Below are positions 44,293 through 52,260 of a DNA stretch of 64,000 nt, piece after piece. The DNA comes from an uncultured Acidobacteriota bacterium (lineage in GTDB: Bacteria; Acidobacteriota; Vicinamibacteria; Vicinamibacterales; Fen-181), in contig CAVUTP010000014.1 in the NCBI GenBank assembly GCA_963744445.1, positions 1,533,073-1,597,072 of the forward strand, written 5' to 3'. Position numbers and translations under genes: made by a program. The notes below the pieces were generated by a model. That model was given only the letters and a program-made list of their open reading frames with translations. It did not search any database and had not been told where the DNA came from. Position 1 is the first letter of the stretch. Every line of letters starts with the position of its first letter.

Positions 44293-44366
44293 AAGGGTCA
44301 GGGAGCTGGGGGACCAGTCCGCAATTCGCCAAGTGGTCGGTTGTTCCCTGGTTCCCTGATTTATTT
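44293..44366. repeat. Dispersed palindromic element, degenerate copy 2; it overlaps the 3' end of the next CDS by a few nt
   Basis: gggtcagggagctgggggaccagtccgcaattcgccaagtggtcggttgttccctggttccctg. Confidence 0.6.
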
Positions 44367-45419
44367 CACCGTGAGCGTCCGCCGGTGTCGGCTGCTCTCC
44401 TGCGCCACTTCGAGGAGGCGGACCACGTCGAGCGCCTGTTCCGGGGTGACCGCGAGGGTGGCGCGGCCATGGATCGCGTCGCGGATGTTCTCGTAATACC
44501 GGCGGTAGTCGCCGGCCTCGGTGGCGACCGGTTCGCGAATGACCTCCCCGTGAGGGCAGCGTGTCAGAACGCCCCAGCGTTCAGGAGGCTCCTCTCCCCA
44601 GCCGGCCGCACCCGCAGTCTCTCCCCCTTTCAAACGCTCCTCCTGCGGATCCACGTGGTGCTTGACGTACGTGCCGTCCGTGCCGTGCAGGACGAACCGC
44701 GGCCCCGGCTGGCACGCCAGCATCGTCCCTCTCAGCAGCGCCCGCATCTGCGGGTAATGCAGCATCACGTCGAACGCATCGTCGGCCGCGGCTCCCTCGC
44801 GTTCCAGCCGCACGTCGGCGGTGACGGCCTCCGGCAGGCCAAACAGCGCGACCGCCTGGTCCACCAGGTGGGAGCCGAGATTGAAGAGCACGCCGCTTCC
44901 CGGCTCGGCCCGCTCGCGCCAGGCCGCCGGCCTGAGGCCGGGCCGGTAGCGGTCGAAGTGGGACTCGAACATCACCGGGCGCCCGCAGGCGCCATCGGCG
45001 AGCAGGCGCCGGATGGTCAGGAAGTCGCCGTCCCAGCGGCGGTTGTGGTAGACGCCGAGGAGCCGCCCGGCCTGCCGCGCCAGCTCGATCAGGGGGCCGG
45101 CCTCGCTCGAGGTCGTCGCAATGGGCTTGTCGATGATCACGTGGCGGCCCGCCTCCAGGCACCGACGTGCGATGACGGCGTGCGTCGTGTTTGGCGTCGC
45201 GACGACCACGAGACCAATCTCGTCGATGGCGAGCAGGTCCTCGACACTCCGCACGACATGGAGGTCCGGGCAGGTCTCGGCCGCGGTGTTCCCGCTTCGC
45301 TGGACAATCGCCGCCAGCCGAAGGCCCGAAACGGCATTGATCACCGGCGCGTGAAAGTAGCGGCCGGCAATCCCGAAGCCCACCAGGCCCACCTGGATGG
45401 TCGCGCGTGACGGGGTCAT
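44361..45419 (-). CDS. Gfo/Idh/MocA-family NAD(P)-dependent oxidoreductase
   Basis: 352 aa. N-terminal Rossmann GxGxxG (VGLVGFGIAGRYFH), the EKP motif (IIDKPIA), and a C-terminal alpha/beta domain. Confidence 0.85.
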   Translation of the reverse strand: MTPSRATIQVGLVGFGIAGRYFHAPVINAVSGLRLAAIVQRSGNTAAETCPDLHVVRSVEDLLAIDEIGLVVVATPNTTHAVIARRCLEAGRHVIIDKPIATTSSEAGPLIELARQAGRLLGVYHNRRWDGDFLTIRRLLADGACGRPVMFESHFDRYRPGLRPAAWRERAEPGSGVLFNLGSHLVDQAVALFGLPEAVTADVRLEREGAAADDAFDVMLHYPQMRALLRGTMLACQPGPRFVLHGTDGTYVKHHVDPQEERLKGGETAGAAGWGEEPPERWGVLTRCPHGEVIREPVATEAGDYRRYYENIRDAIHGRATLAVTPEQALDVVRLLEVAQESSRHRRTLTVK

Positions 45420-45787
45420 TGCAGCCTAGTGTAAGCCGAACCGCCAGCAGGCCGGACGAGGGGCTTCCATTCCCCTTCCGAGGGCCCCTCCGGGCACGTT
45501 CCCAGGCCCGGCCTCGTCCAACCCACCGAAGACAGGCCCATGCTGCAGAGACTGGGGAGGTTCGACGCCGAGGGGTATGCGGGCGGATTCACCGCGGTCG
45601 GCGTCGGCGGCCAGTTCATTACGGTGCTGCCAAGGCACGGCCTCGTCGTGGCGCACAAGGTGAAGATGACGCCGGCCGCGCAACCCGTTTCTACGGGCCA
45701 GTGCTTCACAATCGTCGATGCCCTGATTGCCGGAAGGAAATCAAGCGTATCGGCGGCGAATGGGCCTTCCGTAGCGGTGCCTCTGAC

Positions 45788-47050
45788 TCACCCCGTCGGG
45801 GCGCTGGCGCCGATGCCCGGCCGGATGGCAATCCACAGGACGCCCCCGATCACCGAGAGGGCCGCGGCGACGTGCAGGGCGTTCTCCCAGCCGACGGCCG
45901 CCGCGAGCACGGGCGTCAGCGCGGGCGAGATGAGCCCGCCGACGTTGCTGCCCGTGTTCATGACGCCGCCCGCCAGTCCCGCTGCGGTCGCCCCGCGATC
46001 CCCGTCATCGTGGCCCAGAAGGGGCCTTCGACGCACAGCACGAGACGCGGTCGAGAGCGCGAGGGACGGGCGGCCAGGGTGGCGTTCGTCGTGCCGCGCT
46101 CCGAGCGACAGGAAGACGCCGCGCCGCCGCGAGGCCGACGAGGGGCACGGCGCGCCGGCCGACCACGACGCCGCCGCCGGCCGCGAGGCGGTCGACAGCC
46201 ACCCGCCGAGCGGGATCGAGACGATCGAGAGGAGCCAGGGCAGGCTGCTCGAGCGCGCGCCCTTCAGCAGGTCGAAGTGCCGCTCCTGCACGAGGTACAG
46301 GTAGAACCAGAAGACGAAGATGTAGCCGACGTACCCCTGCAGCGTGTAGCTGAGCGTCAGCAGGACGAAGCTCGGCGACCGAAGCGATGCGCGCCGAGTC
46401 GCGTTGGCGTCGGCATCGGAGGAAGGCGAGGGGTCGGCGGCGAGGGGCTGGCGGGGCGCGGCCGAGGTGGGCGGCTCGCCGGGCCAGCCGCCAGGCGACG
46501 GCGGTCGCCAGCGCCGGCAGCGTCGAGACCGCGAGCGCCGCTCGCCAGCCCCAGCGCACCATCACCCACGAGAGCGAGCGGCGGCGCGATCGCCGACCCG
46601 AGGGCGATCGCTGCGATCACGAAGCCGTTGGCGCGGGCGCGGCTCGCCGGGCCGATCCAGCGCGCGACCCCGCTCGGCCGCGGCGGGGAACGTCGGCGCC
46701 TGCGCCGATGCCGAGCACGAAGCGCAGGGCCATGAGTGCCGCCAGCGTCGACGCGGCCCCGGCCGCGAGCGGTCCACGCCCGACGAGCACCTGCAGCAGC
46801 GTCGCCGCGACCCACCACCACGAGGCCAGCTCGAGCACCCGCCGCGTGCCCCAGCGGTCGGCGAGCGCATCCGCCCGGCACCATGAACAGCGCGTAGCCG
46901 AGCAGGAACGCGCTGAACACGCGGCCCATCTGCGCCTGGGAGAGGTGCAGCTCGTCCATCAGCAGGGCACCGGCGACCGACACGTTGACGCGGCAGAGAT
47001 AGCTCGCGGTCGCGGTCGCGCAGAGCAGCGCCACGAGCCACCACTGGCGG
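45788..47050 (-). CDS. MFS transporter, spread over four or more reading frames on the minus strand
   Basis: The N-terminus (VTARQWWLVALLCATATASYLCRVNVSVAGALLMDELHLSQAQMGRVFSAFLLGYALFMVPGG) is in ORF 46357-47562 and the C-terminus (GGVMNTGSNVGGLISPALTPVLAAAVGWENALHVAAALSVIGGVLW) in ORF 45788-46291. The GTG start overlaps the GNAT stop codon (GTGA). Confidence 0.55.
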
Positions 47051-47054
47051 GCCG

Positions 47055-47537
47055 TCACCGCGGCTCCAGGCGCTTGTGCATCAGGATCTCGGAGGCGCCG
47101 TCGATGACATAGTCGGCGAACTCGCCGACCTGCCGGTAGCCGTGGCGCTCGTAGAAGGCGCGCGCCCGAGTGTTGAAGGACGAGACGCAGAGGAAGAAAT
47201 GGCGTGACGATCCGGCAAAGTGGCGCTCGCACGCCTCGAGAAGCACCGCGCCCACGCCGCGGCTGCGCCACGCCTGCTCGACCGCGAACGACGCCAGGTA
47301 GGGCGAACCCGACACCCCGCGTGGGTGCAGCACCGCGAAGCCGCACCGCTCGCCCCCGTGCCGGGCGACGAGCACGAGGTACCCGGGGTCGAGGCAACGC
47401 GTCCGGCAGTGTTCGAGGCCGCGGCCAAGTGTCAGCCAGGGATCCGAGGACGCCATCACGCGGGCGGCCCACTCCCAATCCTCCGGCGTCGCAGGCGCGA
47501 CGTGCACGTCCTCCAATCGCAGCGTAATCTGGGGCAT
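47055..47537 (-). CDS. GNAT-family N-acetyltransferase
   Basis: 160 aa with GNAT motif A (QAWRSRGVGAVLLEACE) and a YERHGY C-terminal motif. Confidence 0.8.
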   Translation of the reverse strand: MPQITLRLEDVHVAPATPEDWEWAARVMASSDPWLTLGRGLEHCRTRCLDPGYLVLVARHGGERCGFAVLHPRGVSGSPYLASFAVEQAWRSRGVGAVLLEACERHFAGSSRHFFLCVSSFNTRARAFYERHGYRQVGEFADYVIDGASEILMHKRLEPR

Positions 47538-47632
47538 AGTGCGGACGGCCGGATTCTACCACCGGGCCGGCGGTCAGGCCGCCGGCCCCGTCCCGGGTCC
47601 ACCGGACGGGCCCGCCCTAGTCCCCAGTGCTA

Positions 47633-48263
47633 CTTCCGCCCCGCCACACTCACCCCGTCAAGCGTCTCGGCAATCGTCGCAACGAGCAGCACGTCGTTGC
47701 CCCGGTCCTCGAGGTCACCTTCGCGCGCGCCCGCAAGCTCTCCGGTCAGCCTGGCCCCGCCAACCGTTCTCACCCGGCCTGCCAGTACGATCTCGTCCCC
47801 GCTCGAGAATCTTCGCGCCCGCCGGCAGGCGCACGAGCACTCTGTCCTCGTCCCAGTGGTGAAAGCTGAAGGGGCCGTGTTCGCGCGCGTCGCGCAGTTC
47901 GGCGAGCGTGGGCGAGAGGATCCGGCTGACGCGTGACGGCGGCAGCTGGACGAGCTGGCCGGCGAACAGATCGAAGTGATCCACCAGCGTGCTCAGCCGC
48001 ACACGGATGGCATGCTCGCCGGGACTTGGCGAGGGGACGGCACTTCCGGCTTGAGACACACCCGGCATCGCGTCATATGGCAGCCCGGCCGGCGGCGCGC
48101 CGAAAGACGCGAGCATCGCGAGCGCGACGGCAGAGAGAATCAGCACTTGTACCTCCGGGAGGTGCCCGAGCAATGGAGATACCAGGCACCGGGCGGTCGC
48201 CAGCTTGCATCTGTCGTCGGGTTCATCCGCCGCGAGCTGCCGCAAGCCCTCGGCGGAATCCAT
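47633..48263 (-). CDS. Hypothetical membrane-anchored protein; the C-terminal end is in a different frame (apparent frameshift near 47790)
   Basis: ORF 47715-48473 was trimmed to MDSAEG. It has one TM helix. The C-terminal beta-rich segment FSFHHWDEDRVLVRLPAG..GDEIVLAGRVRTVGG is in an alternative frame. Confidence 0.3.
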
Positions 48264-48289
48264 CGGTGCCCACAATCTGGGGGAGGCCC

Positions 48290-49216
48290 ATGAAACGCAA
48301 GGCTTACGGCGTTGCGGCCGCGTGCATCCTTTTCGTGCCTGCCGCCGGCGCGGTGTCCGCGCAGACGACAGCCTCGCAGGGTTCCTCTTCGCAGGCGGTC
48401 CAATCCCCGCAGCCGTCCCAGGCCAATGCTGAGCAGCAGGTGATGGCAGCTCATCGTGAACTCTTAGCTTCAAGTCGCACCAACGACCAGGAGGCGGCGC
48501 GGCGGCTGATGGCGGAGGACCTGACCTGGGTCAACAACGAGGGAAAGATCACGCACCGCGAGGAGATGCTCGCGGGCACGCCGACGCCGCCCCGGGAGGT
48601 GAACGTCGAACGGGTGCAGGTCCACGGCGACACCGCGATCCTCATCGCTTCCGCCCAGCTTGCCAACGGACGGCAGGTCCGAGTCGTGCAGGAATGGCTG
48701 AACCGCGACGGGCAGTGGCGCCTCTTCGCGCACCAGGGGACTCTGGCGCCGTCCAGCCAGGAGCCGGGGCAGGCGCCGGCCACGCCGCCGGCGGCCGGCA
48801 CTTCGGGAGCGAGCCCGCTGCGCGCCTCGGCCCCCTCCCTGAGCACGGACGAAGAGCGCGCGGTGTGGAACGTTCAAAACGAGTTGCACCGCGCGTTTCT
48901 CAGCGGGGATACCGCAACGTACTCCAAGCTCACGTCCGATGAATTCGTGCGCGTCGCGGCGAGCGGCGAACAGCAAGGCAAGAGCCGGTTCATTCAGGAC
49001 GTGAAACAGAACGCCGGCAAGACAGCCGGCCAGGTGGAAACCGGCGACGTGCAGATTGCCGTGAACGGGGACACGGCCCGGCTGGTGATGATCACGTGGG
49101 GCACGCTGCCCGGCGGCGAACCGCTCCCTCCCGCCAGGGTGACGCGCGTCTTCTTGAAGCGAAACGGACAGTGGCAGCAGGCGGCGGCGATCTTCACGCC
49201 CCTCAAGGGGCAGTAG
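48290..49216 (+). CDS. Secreted protein with two tandem DUF4440/SnoaL-like (NTF2-fold) domains
   Basis: Signal peptide MKRKAYGVAAACILFVPAAGAVSA. A motif pattern (E/D..R..L..DF/TWVNNEGK..GQWQ) is repeated. Confidence 0.6.
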   Translation: MKRKAYGVAAACILFVPAAGAVSAQTTASQGSSSQAVQSPQPSQANAEQQVMAAHRELLASSRTNDQEAARRLMAEDLTWVNNEGKITHREEMLAGTPTPPREVNVERVQVHGDTAILIASAQLANGRQVRVVQEWLNRDGQWRLFAHQGTLAPSSQEPGQAPATPPAAGTSGASPLRASAPSLSTDEERAVWNVQNELHRAFLSGDTATYSKLTSDEFVRVAASGEQQGKSRFIQDVKQNAGKTAGQVETGDVQIAVNGDTARLVMITWGTLPGGEPLPPARVTRVFLKRNGQWQQAAAIFTPLKGQ

Positions 49217-49348
49217 TGCGTCGTCGCTTCGTTGGCCGACTCACGGCTGGTTGAGTGGAAACAGGGGTGAAGTGGCCTGGTCGCGCCGCGCGTCCGTGGA
49301 TCGGCCTATCCGCTTCTCCCTCCCCGTGCCGTTTCAGACGATTGCGAG

Positions 49349-49892
49349 ATGGGTACCGTGGAGCGGGACATGGACTATCAACTCGACGACGCGCTGCCCG
49401 TTCTCCGGCGCACGCCGGGCGTGCTGCGGGCCCTGCTCGAGGACGTCCCGGACCATTGGGTCCGCGCAACCGAAGGGCCGGACACGTGGAGCCCCTTCGA
49501 CATCGTCGGGCACCTGATTCACGGCGAGCGCACCGATTGGATCCCACGGGTCGAGCACATCGTCCGCCACGGCACCGCCGTCCCCTTTCCGCCGTTCGAC
49601 CGCGAAGCCATGTTCGCGCACTCGCAGGGACTGTCGCTCCAGGCGCTGCTGGACACGTTCGCCGCGCTGAGGAACCAGAATGTCGTGCGGCTGGCCGCCC
49701 TGCGGCTGACCGCAGCCGATTCTCGATCGCCAGGGCCTTCACCCCGAGCTCGGGGTGGTGACGATGCGCCAGCACCTGGCGACGTGGACGGCTCACGACC
49801 TCACTCACATCGGCCAGATCGTGCGGGTCATGGCCAGGCAGTACCGCGAGGCGGTTGGCCCGTGGCGCGCATACCTGCCGCCGCTCGCCTAG
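49349..49892 (+). CDS. DinB/YfiT-like (DinB_2) family protein; the C-terminal part is in a different frame (apparent frameshift near 49720)
   Basis: PFDIVGHLIHGERTDWIPR is in ORF 49349. The C-terminus MRQHLATWTAHDLTHIGQIVRVMARQYREAVGPW is in another frame. Confidence 0.55.
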
Positions 49893-49953
49893 ACGCCCCC
49901 GGTGACACTTTCGGCGCCCAACGGTGTTTCAATAGGCAGCACGAAGCATCGAG

Positions 49954-49986
49954 TAGCGGCTGGTGGCTAGCGGCTGGTGGCTGGTC
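49954..49986. repeat. Direct repeat (AGCGGCTGGTGGCT)x2 plus a partial third copy
   Basis: agcggctggtggctagcggctggtggctggtcg. Confidence 0.7.
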
Positions 49987-50062
49987 GTCAAGCAGGCTTC
50001 CGTTCACCGGCGGCGGGATGGAGTCTGTCCCGCGGTCAGCCAGGTTCGGGGAAGGGGGCGTA

Positions 50063-50834
50063 ATGCGACAGGCGACGGTGCTGGCCCTGACAATTCTCGC
50101 GGTGGCTGGGTGCGGCTCCTCGCCGGCGTCGCCGTCGGCGTCCCCGCTGCCGGTGTCGTCCGAGAGCGAGCACTACGTGTTCCACGCGGCGACCGGCGAC
50201 ACCGTGGATGTCGCCTGGCAGGAAGCCTACCATCAGTGGGCGGTCGACCGGCTCGGGGTGCAGCCGGGCCGCAAGATCGGGTACTGACAGGTACACTAGC
50301 CGCACCGACATGGGCGACCACACGGGCTCCTACAATACCAACGCCTACGCGGACCCGGTCCGCTTCGAGATCCACACGCTGTGGCCCACGGACAACCACG
50401 AGGTCGTGCACCTCTTCATGTCGCTGATTGGGGAATCCGCGGCGCTCTTCTCGGAGGGGATGGCGGTGGCGTTCCAGACGGATCCCGTGATGGGCGTTTT
50501 CGAGTCGCGGTTCAACGGCGAGGAGGTGCACCACGCCGCGCGCCGCTACCTGCAGGGCGGTCAGCTGGTGCTTCCGCTGGATCGGTCGATCGAAACCTCC
50601 GGGTTTCGCAGCATCGCAGACCCAACCCTCGCGTATCGTGAGGCCGGGTCGTTCATGCGGTTCCTCATCGATCGGCACGGACTCGAGACCGTTCTCGCCT
50701 TCTTCCGGGCCGGAGGCTCCCCGACGGACGGCGCAGAAACCCTGAAGACCAGGTTTCGCGCGGCGTTCGGCCAGACGTTCGGCGAGGCGGAAGCCGCCTG
50801 GCTGGACATGCTGCGGGCGGGGACCGGCGGCTAG
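50063..50834 (+). CDS. Lipoprotein with an HExxH metallopeptidase-like motif (HEVVHLF..E); the signal peptide and the main body are in different frames (apparent frameshift near 50285)
   Basis: The lipobox LAVAGCGSS is in ORF 49349-50287 (tail). The motif NHEVVHLFMSLIGESAALFSEG is in ORF 50208-50834. Confidence 0.45.
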
Positions 50835-50889
50835 TGGCCTGTCCTGGCCATGTGTGAAGCCGCTTTACAGATGGCCGGGACAGGCCACT
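50834..50889 (+). terminator. Long hairpin AGTGGCCTGTCCTGGCCAT-(19 nt loop)-ATGGCCGGGACAGGCCACT
   Basis: An 18-19 bp stem with one mismatch lies immediately after the stop codon at 50834 and 45 nt before the ECF sigma start codon. No U-tract follows. Confidence 0.4.
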
Positions 50890-50932
50890 GGCCGATGAAG
50901 AGCCCGGGCCAATCCCACTGGCCCGCCGAGAG

Positions 50933-51430
50933 ATGCGGATGACCGAAGAGCTCGACGTCGAGGCCTTGAGCCGGCGCTATGGCCCGATGGTGCTCAGGCG
51001 CTGCCGGCGGCTGCTCGGAGACGAAGACGACGCGCTCGACGCGTGCCAGGAGGTCTTCGTGCGCCTCCTCCAGCGCCGCGGCCGCCTCGACGCGCACCAC
51101 CCTTCAAGTCTTCTGTACCGAATGGCGACGAACCTCTGCCTGAACCATATCCGCGACCGCGGGCGCCGGCCGGCGGTGGCGGACGAGGACCTGCTGGTGC
51201 GGATCGCCTCTACCGAGGAACCGGGCGGAGCAAGCGAGGCGCGGCTGCTGCTGGACCGGCTCTTCGGGCGGCATCCCGAATCGAGCCGAACGATGGCCGT
51301 GCTTCATTTCGTGGACGGCCTCACGCTGGAGGAAGTCGCAGAAGAGACGGGCATGTCGGTGTCGGGGGTCCGAAAGCGCCTTCGAAGTCTCCGGCATGCG
51401 CTCGTCGAACTTGCGGAGCGTGCACAATGA
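50933..51430 (+). CDS. ECF-subfamily RNA polymerase sigma-70 factor
   Basis: 165 aa with region 2 (DALDACQEVFVRLLQR..YRMATNLCLNHIR) and region 4 (LTLEEVAEETGMSVSGVRKRL). Confidence 0.85.
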   Translation: MRMTEELDVEALSRRYGPMVLRRCRRLLGDEDDALDACQEVFVRLLQRRGRLDAHHPSSLLYRMATNLCLNHIRDRGRRPAVADEDLLVRIASTEEPGGASEARLLLDRLFGRHPESSRTMAVLHFVDGLTLEEVAEETGMSVSGVRKRLRSLRHALVELAERAQ

Positions 51431-52260
51431 GCCCAACTGCCAACCGCCGCGTCCCGGACATCGTGCTCGAGCGTTACCGGTTGAGCGAGCTCCCGGCGGT
51501 GGAGGCGGAGCGCCTCGCACGACAGCTGCGGGAAGACGAGACGCTTCGCCGCCGGCTCGCCGAGATCGAGGCGTCCGACGACGAGCTCCTGCGAAGCGGT
51601 GTGCCCGAGCGGCTGGCCGCCGGCGTTCGTCGCGAGGCCCGAACGGCCGGGCCTCGAAGCGTGACGGCCGGTCGCCGGTCTCCCGCGTGGCGCTGGCTGA
51701 TCCTGGCGGCGGCCGTTGCGAGTGCGGTCGTGTTGGTGGCCGTCATAACCCTTCCCGCCGTTCGCGGGCGGATGGGGCAGCCATCGTCATCGTCTGCGGG
51801 CGCGACGGCGTCGGACGACCGCGTCAAGGGGCTCGAGCCGTCGCTCACGCTGTTCCGAAAAGGAGCGAGTGGCAGCGAGGTGCTTGCCGAGAACAGCGTC
51901 GCGCGCGCGGGCGATCTCATCCGCGTGGCCTACCAGGCGGCGGGCAGGGCCTACGGCGTCATTGTCTCCGTGGATGGCCGAGGCGGCGTTACGCTGCACC
52001 TGCCTCGCTCCGGGTCCGCCGCTGCGCCATTGCAGCCCGGCGACCGCGTGCTCCTCGAGCAGGCATATGAGCTGGACGATGCCCCGCGCTGGGAGAAGTT
52101 CTACCTGGTGACCGGGAACGAGCCGTTCGACGTGGCGCCGGTCGTCCGCGCCGCTCGCCGGGCGGCAGAGGCTGCCGGAGGCGACGGTCCGCCGGCACTC
52201 GATCTTCCGTCGGGACTCGAGCAGGCGAGCCTCTCGATCGCAAAGAAAGGCCAGTCATGA
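51427..52260 (+). CDS. Anti-sigma factor (cytoplasmic N-terminal helix, one TM helix, periplasmic domain of about 150 aa)
   Basis: An ATGA overlap with the sigma gene. N-terminus VPDIVLERYRLSELPAVEAERL, TM helix WRWLILAAAVASAVVLVAVITL, and a periplasmic beta-rich domain. Confidence 0.7.
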   Translation: MSPTANRRVPDIVLERYRLSELPAVEAERLARQLREDETLRRRLAEIEASDDELLRSGVPERLAAGVRREARTAGPRSVTAGRRSPAWRWLILAAAVASAVVLVAVITLPAVRGRMGQPSSSSAGATASDDRVKGLEPSLTLFRKGASGSEVLAENSVARAGDLIRVAYQAAGRAYGVIVSVDGRGGVTLHLPRSGSAAAPLQPGDRVLLEQAYELDDAPRWEKFYLVTGNEPFDVAPVVRAARRAAEAAGGDGPPALDLPSGLEQASLSIAKKGQS

